Source: Phoronis australis
Lineage: Eukaryota > Animalia > Phoronida
DNA: 64,000 nucleotides
Assembly: GCA_002633005.1 (NCBI GenBank)
Contig: NMRA01000651.1
Coordinates: 102,956 to 166,955 of the forward strand
Reading direction: 5' to 3'
How positions within the stretch are numbered: the first letter of the stretch is position 1; every line of letters starts with the position of its first letter. Positions 1 through 13,854 of this stretch are shown in pieces. Position numbers and translations under genes: made by a program. The notes beneath the pieces are model-generated. The model was not told the DNA's origin. It worked only from the letters and a program-made list of their open reading frames with translations, and made no database searches.

Positions 1-1596
1 GTATTTCACGTGCTGTGAGCATATGTACCGGTCTTCCGCTTTTCTCCCCGTTTCTTCATTTCGGACTAGTCCACAAATTTCTTTGTGCACGACCATACAC
101 AGTAATCTTTTGTCTAGACAAATCGCGTAATGGGTGACATCTATTGAATTGGTAGGATCGCTCTGCGCCCATGTTTTTTACTGCCGGAGCATCGACACGC
201 TGACCAAACTGAACCTTAAATTTATGATAAAAACAACACGAGGAGAAAATTTATTCATGGTCATCTGGGAAGTTATATAGTGCTTTTGCACTCTGAAAAT
301 TCGCTTGCCACCTGGGCAACCAGCAAGTCAACTTCTACTCGCCCAGCACCATTTTTACTCGCATTGGCAACTGGGCGAGTGCCTAAGTATATCCCTGTAT
401 TGAATATCGACTTCGTTTGATTCTCACTATTGGCAAAACATTGTAAAGACAGTGCAGTGTGACTTAGCTGTATATCTGGAGTTACATCTTCACCCTGTAC
501 CAGAACCTAAATAAAATTTCAGTTGTATGTACGAGTCCAAAATGTTGTAAATTAGGGTAATACCCATAAGACCATGATTATGATCTTAAAGTTATGTAGG
601 ACCATAGAAAAATGTTCAAATTGGCCATCTTCAGAACATCGTATCTTAGAAATGGCCGATCAGGTTCAAACAAGATACTACCATTGCTTTATACACTGAT
701 TTTCATGACAAAACTCTAAAGGTGCATAAAATGAGAGAAGCGTAATCACATTTTTTGAAATTTTGCGCATTAATCATCAAATGAAATTTGATCAGGTACT
801 TTATATCATTGTTTTGCTATCGATATACCTTTATTTTTTGCTAAATTTTACCAGAAAGGCATTTCCATGTGATCCAATAAGGCATATTCGTAAAAGAAAA
901 AACCTAATTCTATTTTCAGAATGTTTATTCTTTAATCTATAACTTGTAGAGATCTTATTTAAAACACAGCGTTTAGGATAAGGTCATACATAACCTTAAA
1001 TCCATGTTGGACCCAGTATAACAATAGCCAAATTTGGTTAACTTGGGAACATCATAGCTTAGAAATAGCTGATCAGATTCATATGAAACTTTCAAAGACC
1101 ATGCCCTGTTTTTGTGTTAGGAATCGTTTTTAAAATTTCAACTTTTGCGTGAAGGGCTATCAAAAATAGGACTCACATGATTTTCATGAAGTGTTTAAAG
1201 TTCCACAAAAAAGGAAATGATGTTTTAGAAAACTGTACCATTGTTTTTGATTTATCACCTTGCTGTCAAACCTTTTGTGTTAAATTTTACTTAAAAAGAC
1301 CCTGTGAGCCCATTTATAACAGAGTGGTAAAAATTTAAAAAATCAAATTCTACAGATTTTCTACTTCCAGAAAAGGCGTATTTCCACTGAGTTGAAATCT
1401 CTATTGAAATCAAATAGATGTTGCAATGCCGTGCAGGTACCGTATGTAGCACACCCTTGAGAAAGAGCGCACCGCTCGATACGTGGGGATATTTTAATAT
1501 ATTTTAGTACCGACGCTCGTCATTTTAGTTCTACTAGTTTTACTATTTGAAATCTAGTTTTCTAGACACCAACACAGACATGTAGATGAGGTACTA

Positions 1597-4004
1597 CCGT
1601 AATCGTTCGGGTTAACGCCCTGGGCGGTTAAATTGGCGAATCCAAAAAATCGGGGGAGGGCGGTTAACCAAGCAGTGGGCGGTTAAATCGAAAATCCACC
1701 TAAAGTAGGGGATGGGCGGTTAACCGAACATGGGCGCTTATTATGACGGACAACCGCCCTGGGCGGTTAATCTTACCTGGCGATCTAAATCCTGACACGA
1801 CAATCGTACTCGGAACGCGTAGCGATTTTCAAAGAGCTTTATCGTCACGTCGCCAAATGACTGTGAAAACGTCATAACAGCGGATGATCCCAACAAAGGT
1901 TCTCTTGCCTTCAGATTAGTGATTCACTATTAAATTTACAAAATTGCTGAGTAATAGCCCCGTGCCATCCTGCGGTGCACAGACGACCAGTCACCACGCA
2001 GCCTCCACTAGAATTAAAACTGTTTCAAGATGTGACCCTGCTTATGTGCGCGCGTGCAAGCTTCACGTGTTGCAGAGGTCAGACATCAAATTTATGGTTA
2101 CAGTCTAGTACCGTATGTAGCTGTCAAGTTCTTTGCCGTGAGTCAGAGAGCAGTTTTAAAATTGGTTGTAATAAAAGTTTGAAAAACTTAACTCTGCTGT
2201 TTTTTTGTGTTTGAGATGTTATAGTCGACACTCCGTGACTCAATGACATTTTCAGCGTATGGTTCTGCGGCTAGCTGTCTTATCTCGACAGCCCGGCATT
2301 GCTCTCTTGCTGTTGCGCCAAACATGCTATGCAAAGAAGTAAGACAAGGATCGGGGGTGGTCGAGCCAGTCGTCGATCAAGAATAAAATTTCAAGCAACT
2401 GCATAAATATGTTACAAAATGTCACAAAACAGCAATGTTTCAATTCATTATTCTAAACGATCACCTTACCAAACTTCGTGGTGGAAAAACATTTATTTTT
2501 CATGCAAGATGTCCAGATTATCCCATTTATATCACTTGTAATATCGCACTCCGGCACTGTTCGGTCCCGCTGTTATCGCGCAATGTCTCAGTCGGCTGAC
2601 AATCGTGACTTGGAAATGCCGTCAAGTAATATAACGGCCTCATTCAATATGCATCTGTTTTTTATGGCCAAAGATAGCAGCGGGATTCAGCACGCGCGTA
2701 GGGCCTACGTGCGAGTCACCTGTCAATCACATGTTGGTGTCAAGGTAACATGCACTCCAAAGTGTGGGAACTTGCGCATGTGCACCACTACAAATCAGTC
2801 ACACATAGCGACAGTCCGACGAAGTAACAAAAACGGGCGTGCCTATGTACTTTTAAGCTGTTGTTACGAAAGACCCAGTTCTTTACGATATTCCTCCGTT
2901 GCCAATGTTCCCCAAAACTGCGATGTCAAGTCTATTCCAATATTTCCCGGCTCGATGCTCCCTAAGCCCATCCCTGTAACTAGCTACGTGAATCTCCAAC
3001 CCACTATCGTCAAGCAATCTACGTCGTAGATATTTCAGACTCGAATGGTAAGAATTTTTGTTCAGGCTGAAAATGGCCAATGTATAAACAAAATTATTCT
3101 GGATGGCTAAAAGGGGGATGTGGAAACGATAATTCACAAAGTCACGCAAGAAATAGTAAAGAACAGCCAGCGATATTAGTTAAATCTGCTAACCAGTTTG
3201 ACTGAGATGCAATAAGCGAAAAACAAAATTTGACTAGTCGTTTTTTTATTACTTCAAGATCATACACAAACATATATTATTGCCAACGTTTGAATTCAGA
3301 AATCGACAGGCAGCAACGAAATCGGTAACCCAGTAAGGCACTTGTACTGTCCCTTCGGTCGCCCCACATCCTCTATAACCCGGCAGTTATATTCATCAAA
3401 ATATTGAGAATTTGACATCTCTCCGTGAGTTGTGAGATTTGTTCAAAATGCGAGAGCTTCCCACCTTAATAGAATTTGGAGGGTTGGCAAAACCATTGTC
3501 ACATTTCTCTGGCCTGATTTTTTCGAATATATGTTTTATCTAGTGCACTGCAGACGGAAACTCAGCGCGGCAGACAAAGTTGCTGAAAGCGGAGGTTTTG
3601 ACGCCGGCGGCGTTCTTAAACTTTGCAAACAAGGGAAGAAAATAAAGTGACAAAAAAGGTTCAAGTATTATATTTTGAAGTGAGTTTATGACCCATGACA
3701 ATAACTCGTTACCTGTATTGTAATTCAGATTGCTAAACCACCATCTCGGAGTCCCGGCGTCATTGCACTCATTGTGATCATCGATCTTTCTCTAAAAGTC
3801 GGGGAATCGCGCGTTTCCTTAGCACTAGGAGCTAAACCTTCATTCTTTAAAAGTCGGGGATGGGCGCTTAACCGAGAGGTGGGCGCTTAACTGGAAATCT
3901 TCAAAAATCGCAGGGGGGCGCTTAACCGAGCAGTGGGCGGTTAAATCGAAAATCCACTTAAAGTCGGGGATGGGCGGTTAACTGAGCATGGGCGTTAACC
4001 CGAA
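1597..4004 (+). mobile_element. Non-autonomous Tc2/pogo-like (Tc1-mariner) DNA element; right end runs into the gap
   Basis: TA|CCGTAATCGTTCGGGTTAACGCCC at left and GGGCGTTAACCCGAA(N) at right; clustered GGGCGGTTAA subterminal repeats at both ends. Confidence 0.75.
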
Positions 4005-4409
4005 NNNNNNNNNNNNNNNNNNNNNNNNNNNNNNNNNNNNNNNNNNNNNNNNNNNNNNNNNNNNNNNNNNNNNNNNNNNNNNNNNNNNNNNNNNNNNNNN
4101 NNNNNNNNNNNNNNNNNNNNNNNNNNNNNNNNNNNNNNNNNNNNNNNNNNNNNNNNNNNNNNNNNNNNNNNNNNNNNNNNNNNNNNNNNNNNNNNNNNNN
4201 NNNNNNNNNNNNNNNNNNNNNNNNNNNNNNNNNNNNNNNNNNNNNNNNNNNNNNNNNNNNNNNNNNNNNNNNNNNNNNNNNNNNNNNNNNNNNNNNNNNN
4301 NNNNNNNNNNNNNNNNNNNNNNNNNNNNNNNNNNNNNNNNNNNNNNNNNNNNNNNNNNNNNNNNNNNNNNNNNNNNNNNNNNNNNNNNNNNNNNNNNNNN
4401 NNNNNNNNN
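4005..4409. other. Assembly gap
   Basis: N run. Confidence 1.
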
Positions 4410-5439
4410 GTATCAGTTCACATACTCTAGTTGGCTGCCTGCAAATTGTCTATTTTAATTGACCAGGTTTTGAAATAAAACAGTCTGGTTTTAGCAATTA
4501 TTGACTAAGTTTATGTGATCATTCAAAAGACAGTGGAATTCCATGAAATCCATAAAAATTAAACTTTGAAAATAACTTAAGGTCAATACTTACATGACTT
4601 TTACAATGCATGCCATAAAATCAAATTTAGCATGGGATAATTTCAAATTTGGTATTTGTCACTGTTGTCATGGAGACGATTAATCATGCAAGGTTAGAAA
4701 ATTTTAATCAATTCTCTGGAATATGATAATCATCAGAAATATAATGATATCAGAAATATAATTATGATATCAGAAATATAAGTATGATATCAGAAAATGT
4801 CCCTTTACAGTATGTGAATTTTTGGTAAGACAGCACTAAAATTGATATACTCTTCAATTTTGGGAAATAACTGAAAACTCAGATCTTAAGTATTTTCGTA
4901 GTTATGACGATTTGGAATTATTCTGTTTTCATGCGTGAGACGTTTTATGTGCTGATGTCTTCATTATTTGTTTATCAGTTTTCAAGTAAATTCTAAGAAT
5001 TGCTGCAGTAGCTGTCATAATTATGATAACTGTGGTTTCCTTATGCCTCATGTCACATGATTAATTGTTGTGGATTATGATGAAACATTCTTGGAATTTC
5101 CTGTTATTCTGGCGTAATACTTTCTAAGATTATTCTTGATGTTTACTGACACGCTGTGCTTTGTGTAGTTATGGTTATAACTTCCTCCATCATCGACTAA
5201 TTACCTCATAAGTGTAATTTAGTCCTACTTTTGATGTTAGTACAAAAAATATCAAATGTGTTAGAACATTTTGCCACTCAAGTTGATGGTATAAACCTAT
5301 GTCCGTCAAAAAACTCAGGTTCCATTTAGACCAGTTAGTGCAGCTATCAAACTGGTTTCCATTATTGTTTCAAACCCAATGTTTGCCATGTCAAACCAAC
5401 TTGCTGAGTCTGATCTTGAGCAATAATGAATAATAAACA

Positions 5440-6722
5440 CACACTGTCTTTTGTTACATAAAACAAGACCCATATTGAAAGAGGCTGTTAAATTACTTGA
5501 CGGCATTTCCAAGTCTAGTGACGGCATATTGCGCGCAAACAGCGGGACCGACCAGTGCCGCAGTGCGATATTGCCGTAGATGATATTATAATAGGATAAT
5601 CTGTACATATTGCGTGTAAAATAAATGTGTTTTATGTTTGCCAGGTAGGCCTATCTATTTTACCCCCTCCATCCCAAAAAAAACGGCTCGTGTAGATTGG
5701 AATTTCCCGGTGGCAGGTACAAGACGTCTATAATCTCAGCTCCGCAATTCCAAATTTCATGTCGTGAATGCGACCTGCAGTTCGTTATGGCGAGTGCGGA
5801 GTCTCGGTTGCAAAACTCTTCACTAATTTTGTCGTATAGCCACGCAAACCACAGATGCCGGTTAGCCGAAGAATTGGGGCTACATCTACAAATTGTTTTT
5901 TACCGATGCAGATCCGTGTACGAACTGGTAATGTTTTCCTCGGACTCTACTATACGCGCTCACTAGACTCATCCCCAGTCACAGTGTTAGTAATTTTAAA
6001 ATAAAATCTTAAGCAAATGCTTGTTTTTGAGTAATGCCTTTGCGGTAACTTTTGATTGATGACTGGCTCATGTCCGCTTACCCCTGATTCTTATCTTCTT
6101 TGCGTGGCATGTTTCACGCAATTGGAAGTGGGCAACGCTGGACGGTCGAGATAAAACAGCTAGCCGCAGAACCGTACATTGAAAATGAGTTACAGAGTCT
6201 AATCTGATCTATTCTAATCTCCAACATAAACATCCAAAAACAAAAAACACCTGAATTTTGCTTTTCAAACTTTTATTACATCATTAATTTTAAAACTGGT
6301 CTTTGACTCGGAACTTTACAGCTAGCACCATAAATTTGATGTCTGCTGTGTTCTCTGCAACACGTGAAGCTCGAGCTCACACGTGCATTTCTAAAGTGTC
6401 ATTGCGTGAGAATAGTTGCAATCCAAGTTATTGTTACTGTTCGTCTGCGCACTACAGCTCTAATAACATCGCAGGACGGCACCGGGCTATTTCTCACCAA
6501 TTTTGTAAATTTAACTGTGATTAACTAATCTGTGGGCAACAGAACATTTCTTGGGATCGTCCGCTGTTATGAGGTAAGATTAAGCGCCCATGTTCGGTTA
6601 ACCGCACATCCTGGATTTCTTGAAATTTCACGTTAAAGCGCCCATGTCTGGTTAACCGCCCACCCCCTATTTTTTTGGTTTGCCAATTTAACCACCCAGG
6701 GCGTTAATCCAAATGTTTACAG
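5440..6722 (-). mobile_element. Partial inverted copy of the 1597 element
   Basis: End GGGCGTTAATCCAAATGTTTACAG|TA; internal similarity (ORF track shows DLEMPSSNLTASFNM on - versus DLEMPSSNITASFNM on +); left boundary approximate. Confidence 0.7.
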
Positions 6723-6934
6723 TACATACATCTTCCAACAAGATGGTTGCTCATGATCTTTCTTTTCTTAGCACTAAACTTCGTATTGAGGATTATTGTA
6801 TTAACCCCATTTTTGCATTGGGAAACCTTGTGCAGTCGTATACGGTGGTTTCTAATCAAATTTGCCGTTGATTAGGATTTTGCTGTATCATGTTTATGGG
6901 CAGAAATACAGCCTGCTTAAATTAATATATATAG

Positions 6935-7762
6935 ATTATTACATGGCGAAGTTGTTATCCCTCGTTATCTAGAACCCGAGTGGATTTTTCGAGAATTATT
7001 GCCGGAGGGGCATTAGCCCCGAGGGTTATAATTCTACAAAATCCACGAGGGCTCTAGATAAGGGGTATAACGGCTGAGAACATGTAATAATTTATTTTTA
7101 CCTCATACTAAACGAGAAACATTGCAATGAATCGATTTACCTTTCTCAACTCGCCTCAGCTTTGTAACTACTTTCTATGTCAGAGACCCGAGGTCGGAGG
7201 TCGTGACCTTTTAAGAAAAGCCGAGCTATTTTTATCAAATAATGCTTTTACTCAAAATCAATTGAAAATTTAAACAAAATAGAAATAAAGTGAATTTGTA
7301 AGTTAGGGTTTACCAATTATAGCTTTAAACACATTTTGTCACGCTAAGCTTCGACCCGGAAGCTATCATCTGCTAAAGTAAGTTATCAGTGGCAACTGAG
7401 TATAATTCTCAAGTCAAAGAATCCCGATGACATGATACCTGAACTCAAATTGGAGATCTGTGATTTACAAGTGAGAGAATGTGAGAGAAAAATTTCACTG
7501 AATTAAGATATCGTTTTTAAGGAAATTATGCGTCATATTTTTCATAGCGTATAAATGTCAGTACAATGCCCTTTGTTGAACATGGGATTATTGCGGGTGC
7601 TCATTTAAGTATTCTATTTTCACGGTCACTGACGTCAGCCGCTGAGTGGTGTAGTGGTAAAGTCGACGACCCGAAACTCTTGAGGTCCGGGTTCGAAACC
7701 AGCCTCGTTTTCCCGCCAAAATGTTCTCTCACTAGTGAGATAACTAAATGGGTTATTACATG
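6935..7762. mobile_element. Crypton-like palindromic non-autonomous element
   Basis: ~157 bp imperfect hairpin 6935-7091 (ATTATTACATG...CATGTAATAAT) with TTATTACATG repeated at 7753-7762; superfamily is an inference. Confidence 0.45.
7641..7710 (+). pseudogene. tRNA-like Pol III head (SINE head or pseudo-tRNA)
   Basis: A box TGGTGTAGTGG and B box GGTTCGAAACC at tRNA spacing; acceptor and anticodon stems do not pair well. Confidence 0.5.
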
Positions 7763-8090
7763 TTGTATTTGCCATTCGAGGCTAATATTGTGGTATAAAC
7801 ACTGTCTGTTTCAACCATGGTTATCAAGTTTGGTTGGATCATGACATCAACTTGATAATTGCTTCTAAAATAAATTTCCTTCAGGTGTTTTTAAAGCCTT
7901 TCAATTTAATATGTTGTTCTGTAAACAGCCTCCTATAGCTTTTTAACATTTAATTTCTCTGCAGTCTATCCTATTGGCATAGTGTTGATTTGGTTGTCTT
8001 TGCTTAACTGGCAGATAAGATTATGTAATGTTGATACCTTAAAGGAGCATTATGAGGGAGAAAAGGGAACGATTTTCTGAGATCACTCCT

Positions 8091-8162
8091 AAGTGTGGAA
8101 TCGAACCTGGTACCGGACCTATGTGATCACTGATTAGTGCTCTGCTGTCAGAGCTAAGTTCC
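8091..8162 (-). pseudogene. tRNA-like Pol III head, degenerate
   Basis: Minus strand TAGCTCTGACAGCAGAGC ... AGGTTCGATTCC. Confidence 0.4.
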
Positions 8163-9769
8163 AATCGATAAATGGCAGAGTATTTCACAGGTAAACTCAC
8201 CAAGCTTGAGTTCAGCGAGTGTTTGGTAGACACTGATGAGAACTGACGTTTTGTATTATAATCACCAAACAATGGGCTTGGTTGTGTTATAGCTTTGGTC
8301 AAAGCTATAACTTCAAGAAGTTTATCCCATACAACATTAATAAAAAATACTTTTTTTCTGCCATAAAACCAGTTTTGTCCACTGCATTCGCCTAAACCAA
8401 GCAAGTCAAATTTGCCATTTTACATTCGTTTCAGAGTATTTCAATTGTGATAGATTATTTCCATTACCAATAATATCGTTGAAACCAATGGCAAGTTAAG
8501 AAAATGCTCCATTGTTTACTGGGTTTGGCTAACCTTAAAATTGCCAATTGGAAAATGGCACTTGATTATATTTTAAAGAAAATATTCAAGAATCTGTATT
8601 GAAATCAGCATTGGCTGTACAGTCTGCTTCCGGACTGCTAATAATTAGCTGTTCATAGCACACTGTCAGCTGTTTTTCTGACTGACCGGTTGCCAACCCC
8701 TTGCCGACTCGTCTCCGATCTTTTGGATAAAAAAATGTGATCTATGCTGTAGAAAGGAGGGCTAAGTTTTTGTAACAACCTGCATGTGCACAAATATACA
8801 TCAGTTCTCCCATCTAAGTTGAATTTTGATTTTGCGTTCACACACTTCCCAAGGTAGGAATGGCTTAGATTAAATTGATTCAGCACTGTCTTGAGCATGT
8901 TCATGTTGAATTAAATTGGGCTTCAACTGCTTGCGTTTACACACGCTTCCTAAATCCCAAACTCATTTTGAATGGATTTAAATGCACAGTGTAAACACAG
9001 TATTTGTAAAAAACTATCAGTCTTTAGTGCATTATTATCAAAGGAATGTGAGAAAACTTATAATCTAAAGACCATTCATGAATGCCCCCTGTACATCAGC
9101 ACACTTCACCAGGTTGAGCAAGTCGATGATTGCAATTCAATGTAACCACGCTTTAACTTACGTGTTCATACGATAGCAATTCCCAATCTTCCACCGAGTT
9201 CACCTGCAGATTTGACAGTCTCCTTCCCAACTGGAGTCCATATGATCCAAAGTCACTCTTTAAATGGATCCAAAAATTGGTCTTGGCATTATTAGGGCTT
9301 TCTCACCCTCTCAAACACTAATCTTGATCTTCTTACTGCTCACCTTTTGGAAATATTGAGAGGTGCTTAGATTATATTGAACGTATTGTATTAATCCAGC
9401 TAAGTAAGTGACATAATTGTGGAGATGCTGCTATTCTTATCCTTCTGTTTCTGTTAGTGCGCTCTTCAGTACTTCTCGTAGTATGGACCTTTCCACCAGG
9501 ACTCATCTGACTATATATGTAGATAGTCAGGATTTCAATAACTGACCACAGCACAATCACTCCTACCTTTGACTAGTGCTGTGAGGAGTTTCTTCAAAGC
9601 AGACTCTCATGGGGGCGGGGGTTACTCCACTGTTCTGACGGGGGGTGTGGCACTAGAAAATTAGGAGAAAAACACAACTTTTTAGGAAGTTAACCACATT
9701 GCTCCGCAATTATTGGAGCTCTAATAGCATCTGGTTATCTTAAATAAGGTAGACCCAAAACCTTGAAAA

Positions 9770-10106
9770 TATTAGCCAGACTTGAATAGTGTTTGCCAAG
9801 CTTGAATAATACTGGCCTACCTTGAATAATATTGGCCAAGCGTGGATAGCATTGGCCAAGCTTGAATAATACTGTCTGAACCAGAATAATATTAGCTCTT
9901 GAGTAATTTGGCCAAGCTTGAACAATTTGGCCAAGCTTGAATAATATTGGTCAAGCTTGAATAATATTGGCCAAACTTAAATAATATTGGCCAAACTTGA
10001 ATAATATTGAACAGTCTTGAACAATATTGGCCAAACTTGAATAATATTGACCAAACTTGAATAATATTGGCCAAACTGGAATAATATTGGCCAAACTTAA
10101 ATAATG
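9770..10106. repeat. 20-bp minisatellite (TTGAATAATATTGGCCAAGC)
   Basis: About 16-17 degenerate tandem copies. Confidence 0.9.
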
Positions 10107-10241
10107 TATTATACTTTTGAGTAATCTTTTCAGGAAGAATTGTTTGAGTTTTATGAATTTTGTGCAGTATAAAAACTTTTTAGTCAGATTGTGAAAAAAT
10201 ATTAACTACAATATAATTCAATACAGATGATTTTTGGACCC

Positions 10242-10740
10242 TTTTTATACGCCCACTTATTTAGATGTGCATACATATTGCCATCATTGCTGAATGTACA
10301 GTGTCTGCTGCTGTATCTCTTAACTTCCTTTTAGGATGATGATGAGAGTTGGCAGATGTGTTCATATGAAGCTGATGACAATTGATAAGGAGTTTCTGAC
10401 TGATTTGACTACTGCTCTGCTCCCTACGACCAATTTTAGTTTTTGCCTTTACTTCTGTATCATTGCAGTTCCGCAACGTGTTGTCTTAAATTTGGCAGAT
10501 AGGTATCTAATAGTAGATGGATTTGGCATAATTTGTGCCACATGATGACCATTTTTACCATTTTCAAGTCTGCCCCTCTATCAACCAAACCACTCTAAGG
10601 AAGATTATGAAAATTGGCATATGTGTTCCACCTATGAAGAGGACGGCTGACAATGATTTTTTAATGGCTCTGAATACTGTGAGGCCTCCTAGTGGTAGTT
10701 TTTCTACTTTTTCTAATGTCTGCATTGTCTGTTGTTAGCT
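10242..10740 (+). mobile_element. HINE-like 5' fragment
   Basis: TTTTTATACGCCCACTTATTTAGATGTG start; shared internal sequence CCCCTCTATCAACCAAACCACTC; end approximate. Confidence 0.65.
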
Positions 10741-11164
10741 TTGGTACAAACCTTGAACATGTAAAAAGATTACTGCATTTGCCGTCCATACTGTGTCCTA
10801 AATTAGCCAGACTTTATCGTAAATAATGCTTGTTTACCTAAGAATTAAATTGATAGCCTTGCCCAGATTTGTCTAATTAAGCGTATTCTTCATCATGATA
10901 GTAATTTCATCTCTGATTGATGGACTAGTTAGATGTTGTTTCCTCTCATTGATCACTCATTTGTTAAGGTAATTATCAACCATCCACGAAATTTTAACAT
11001 GCATATTGGGTTAAATTGTATTTATTTTCACAGTGACTTACTGGAACCCTGCTAGACATGGGAAGTTGCCCTGGTGATACATGGTTGAGTTAGGAAACAA
11101 AAATATCACGTAAAAGCTGTGCTGTTATCAATACTTTTTAAGTATTATTTGCCATTGTCATCCA

Positions 11165-12242
11165 TTTTTATGCGCCCACATATTTATATGTGGACGCATT
11201 ATGCCGTCATCTCTGTCCGTCCAGGCGACGTGCGTCCCGGCGACGTGCGTCCGGCGTCCGCTGCTCTATCTCCAAAAGCCTTTGACATACGTTCATGAAA
11301 TTTGGCACATATGTTCCAATCATGAATGGGACGGCATGTGCGAACTTTCGGACGGATCCGACTACCGGTGTGCCCCCTAGTGGCAATTTTAGTTTTTTAC
11401 GCTTACCTTTGTATCTTCAAAAGTCCTGAACGGATTTTCATGAAATTTGGTATGTAGGCACCTATTAGTGAGATGACGCTATCCTACTGTTTTCAGATGG
11501 ATTCGACGTAGTTTGCGCCACCTAGTGGCCATTTTTACTGTTTTCGAGTCTGTATTTTTGCGTCCACCCCTCTATCAACCAAACCGCTCAAAGGATGATT
11601 GTGAAAATTGGCGTGTATGTGCTTACTATAAGGAAGACAGCTGACAATGATTTTCAGACGATTTGGACTACTGTGGCGCCTCCTAGTGGCAGTTTTGTTT
11701 TTTTGCGCCCATGGCTGTATCTCCCAAACCGTTTGCAGGATCTTTACTAAATTTAGCAAGTGTATTTATGTGATGTTGACAACGGACGATGACGACTTTA
11801 GGATGATTCTGACTACCGGTATGCCTCTAGTGGCAATTTTAGTATTTGCCTCTAGTGGCAATTTTAGTATTTTACATTGACCTCTGTATTTTCATAGGTC
11901 TTCAGGTGTATACTTTGTGTTACTTCGTGACTGTGAAGGAAAAGTTCCAAGTAGAAATTTGTTTCTGGCATTCTAATGCTGTGCTAATCTCGTATGTTGG
12001 TAAATTTGTTTTTAATTTTATGTTTCTGTGGTGCTTTAAGCAACTGGTGTATAGGATGTGCTTGTATTATGAAGATTACTCACATTTTGCCCCTAGCCTA
12101 TTGAGGAGACAATGACCATGCCTTTCCATTTTGCAAAGTATGCCCTCTACTGGCCACTTTATGGTACCAATAAACAACCCTAGAAGGATACCGTATGCGG
12201 TGCAATTGTGGGCGCATTTCAACGCTCCGCGTTGCTCTTGTT
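11165..12242 (+). mobile_element. Helentron-associated (HINE/DINE-1-like) element, complete
   Basis: T-run, 5' subTIR ATGCGCCCAC with hairpin CCACATATTTATATGTGG, GTCC microsatellite, ~145-160 bp internal repeats, 3' subTIR GTGGGCGCAT, terminal stem-loop CAACGCTCCGCGTTG, ends CTTGTT; no TSD. Confidence 0.85.
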
Positions 12243-13854
12243 CTTTATCGAATTTCATTTTTTGATGAATGCCACTGTTATAGTTATTTCACCGTACACA
12301 AATGCGGTGGTAATACCACCAAGTACCCATTGTGTCTTTATTACCATACCTCAATTCACATCATGAATGTACGTTTCACGTGTTTAGCTCCAGTGAACAA
12401 AGCCTTCAATCAAATTATCATGGTGCTGTTTCCATCATAGTAGAGCATGGAGTTGATTGGTGTGCAAACAGAATGTGGCAAAGAGAAAGCGTATTTGCAT
12501 TGGCATGAAGAATACAGCAGCTTCTGTGGAACACGTTTCACAGCAAATAAATTTGCTGGCCGGCTGGGTCAGTTACTTGAATATGAGAACACATCCACAT
12601 AGGGCCTATATGTGAAAGTTTACTAGCCTGGCCACAAATCCTCTGGCCCTAGGCCACCGTGTATTTCAAACACTGGTCACACACTGTGTTGTCTACGAGC
12701 ACATGGAATCTAACCACATGCCTCTTTCAACGTATCCAGTACCTGATCTTGTATTGCACGCAGATATTCAAATGACACTCGATTGGGTTCATGGAGGATT
12801 AGTGTTCGTAGGCTGCAAACTTCAAGGACCTTCGCCCAATAAAATTCTTTGATCCCTCTTTTCCAATTATGAAGGTGAAGTTTTCAACCAATAATGGAGA
12901 TTTTTCAATAATTATATACAAAAAGGCATTTCCAATCTTGAGTTATTTTTATATAGTAACCAGTACCTGTAAAAGAGAAAAGAAATATACTTGGGAGCCA
13001 TCAGTGTTCTCCACGACCAGTTTTAACCTGTTGCTTCAACAGGGTAGAGTTCAGTAATGCTGGGACCTCGCATAAAATCTAGCCAAAATCACGCGTTCTC
13101 ATTTAAAATACACGGCAACATCTCACGTAATCTTACAGTCTTGCTTTTCAACGAAGTCCTAGCGTTACTGAACTCAGGGCAGGTAACCTGCAACATACGG
13201 GCTTTTTTCCCATAACAATTAAAGAATGCCTGCCAGGTCGAGTCCAGTTAGTATGTCTGACAGGTTTGGATTTTCACTGACTATTATGTGGCATGACACA
13301 CAACAACATGAAAGTGTCACGCATGAAGATATGCATATGATTCTAGACGCGATCAGTCTTATTTGATAACTTGAAAACTTTTAACCATTAAAAGAAAGTA
13401 CCCAGTGGGATTATGTCATTCCGTACCAGTCCAATGTGGCAAAGTTGATATAGATAACACCTGAGCTGATGCAGGAAACCCTGAACACTTGTTTACAACA
13501 TAGACCGCCTTTGTTTGACTTTGAACCCAAAATGTAAATATGTGGTGATTTTATAGTGTTTATAACCATAATGTTCCACAGCAGGACTGCTCCACATCAG
13601 GACTTAATGCCGAAATGAATGATTAATACAGGAAAAGCGAAACTTTTGAACAGTTGACTCTGTGGGGGAGTAGTTGTAAGTCTATGCCGGAGACAAAGGA
13701 AAACCCCCGTTTGACTGCATGGGCCTCAGTTCGCTTTTTAAAAAACTGGACAAAAGTGAATTTACATGTATCTATGGCACTGCACTAAAGAGTGGAATAA
13801 AGTTTAGATCTTGACCTCTTAAATCTAATAAAAGTACTTTTACGGGAAGAATAA

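Noticed and set aside
2478-3029. 183-aa ORF
   Set aside because: Inside a non-autonomous element; no recognisable domain; the frame is not preserved in the inverted copy
7641-7710. Functional tRNA gene
   Set aside because: A/B boxes are present but acceptor and anticodon stems do not pair; reported only as a tRNA-like head
8234-8270. Hammerhead ribozyme core CTGATGA (also at ~22496)
   Set aside because: No properly placed GAAA or flanking stems
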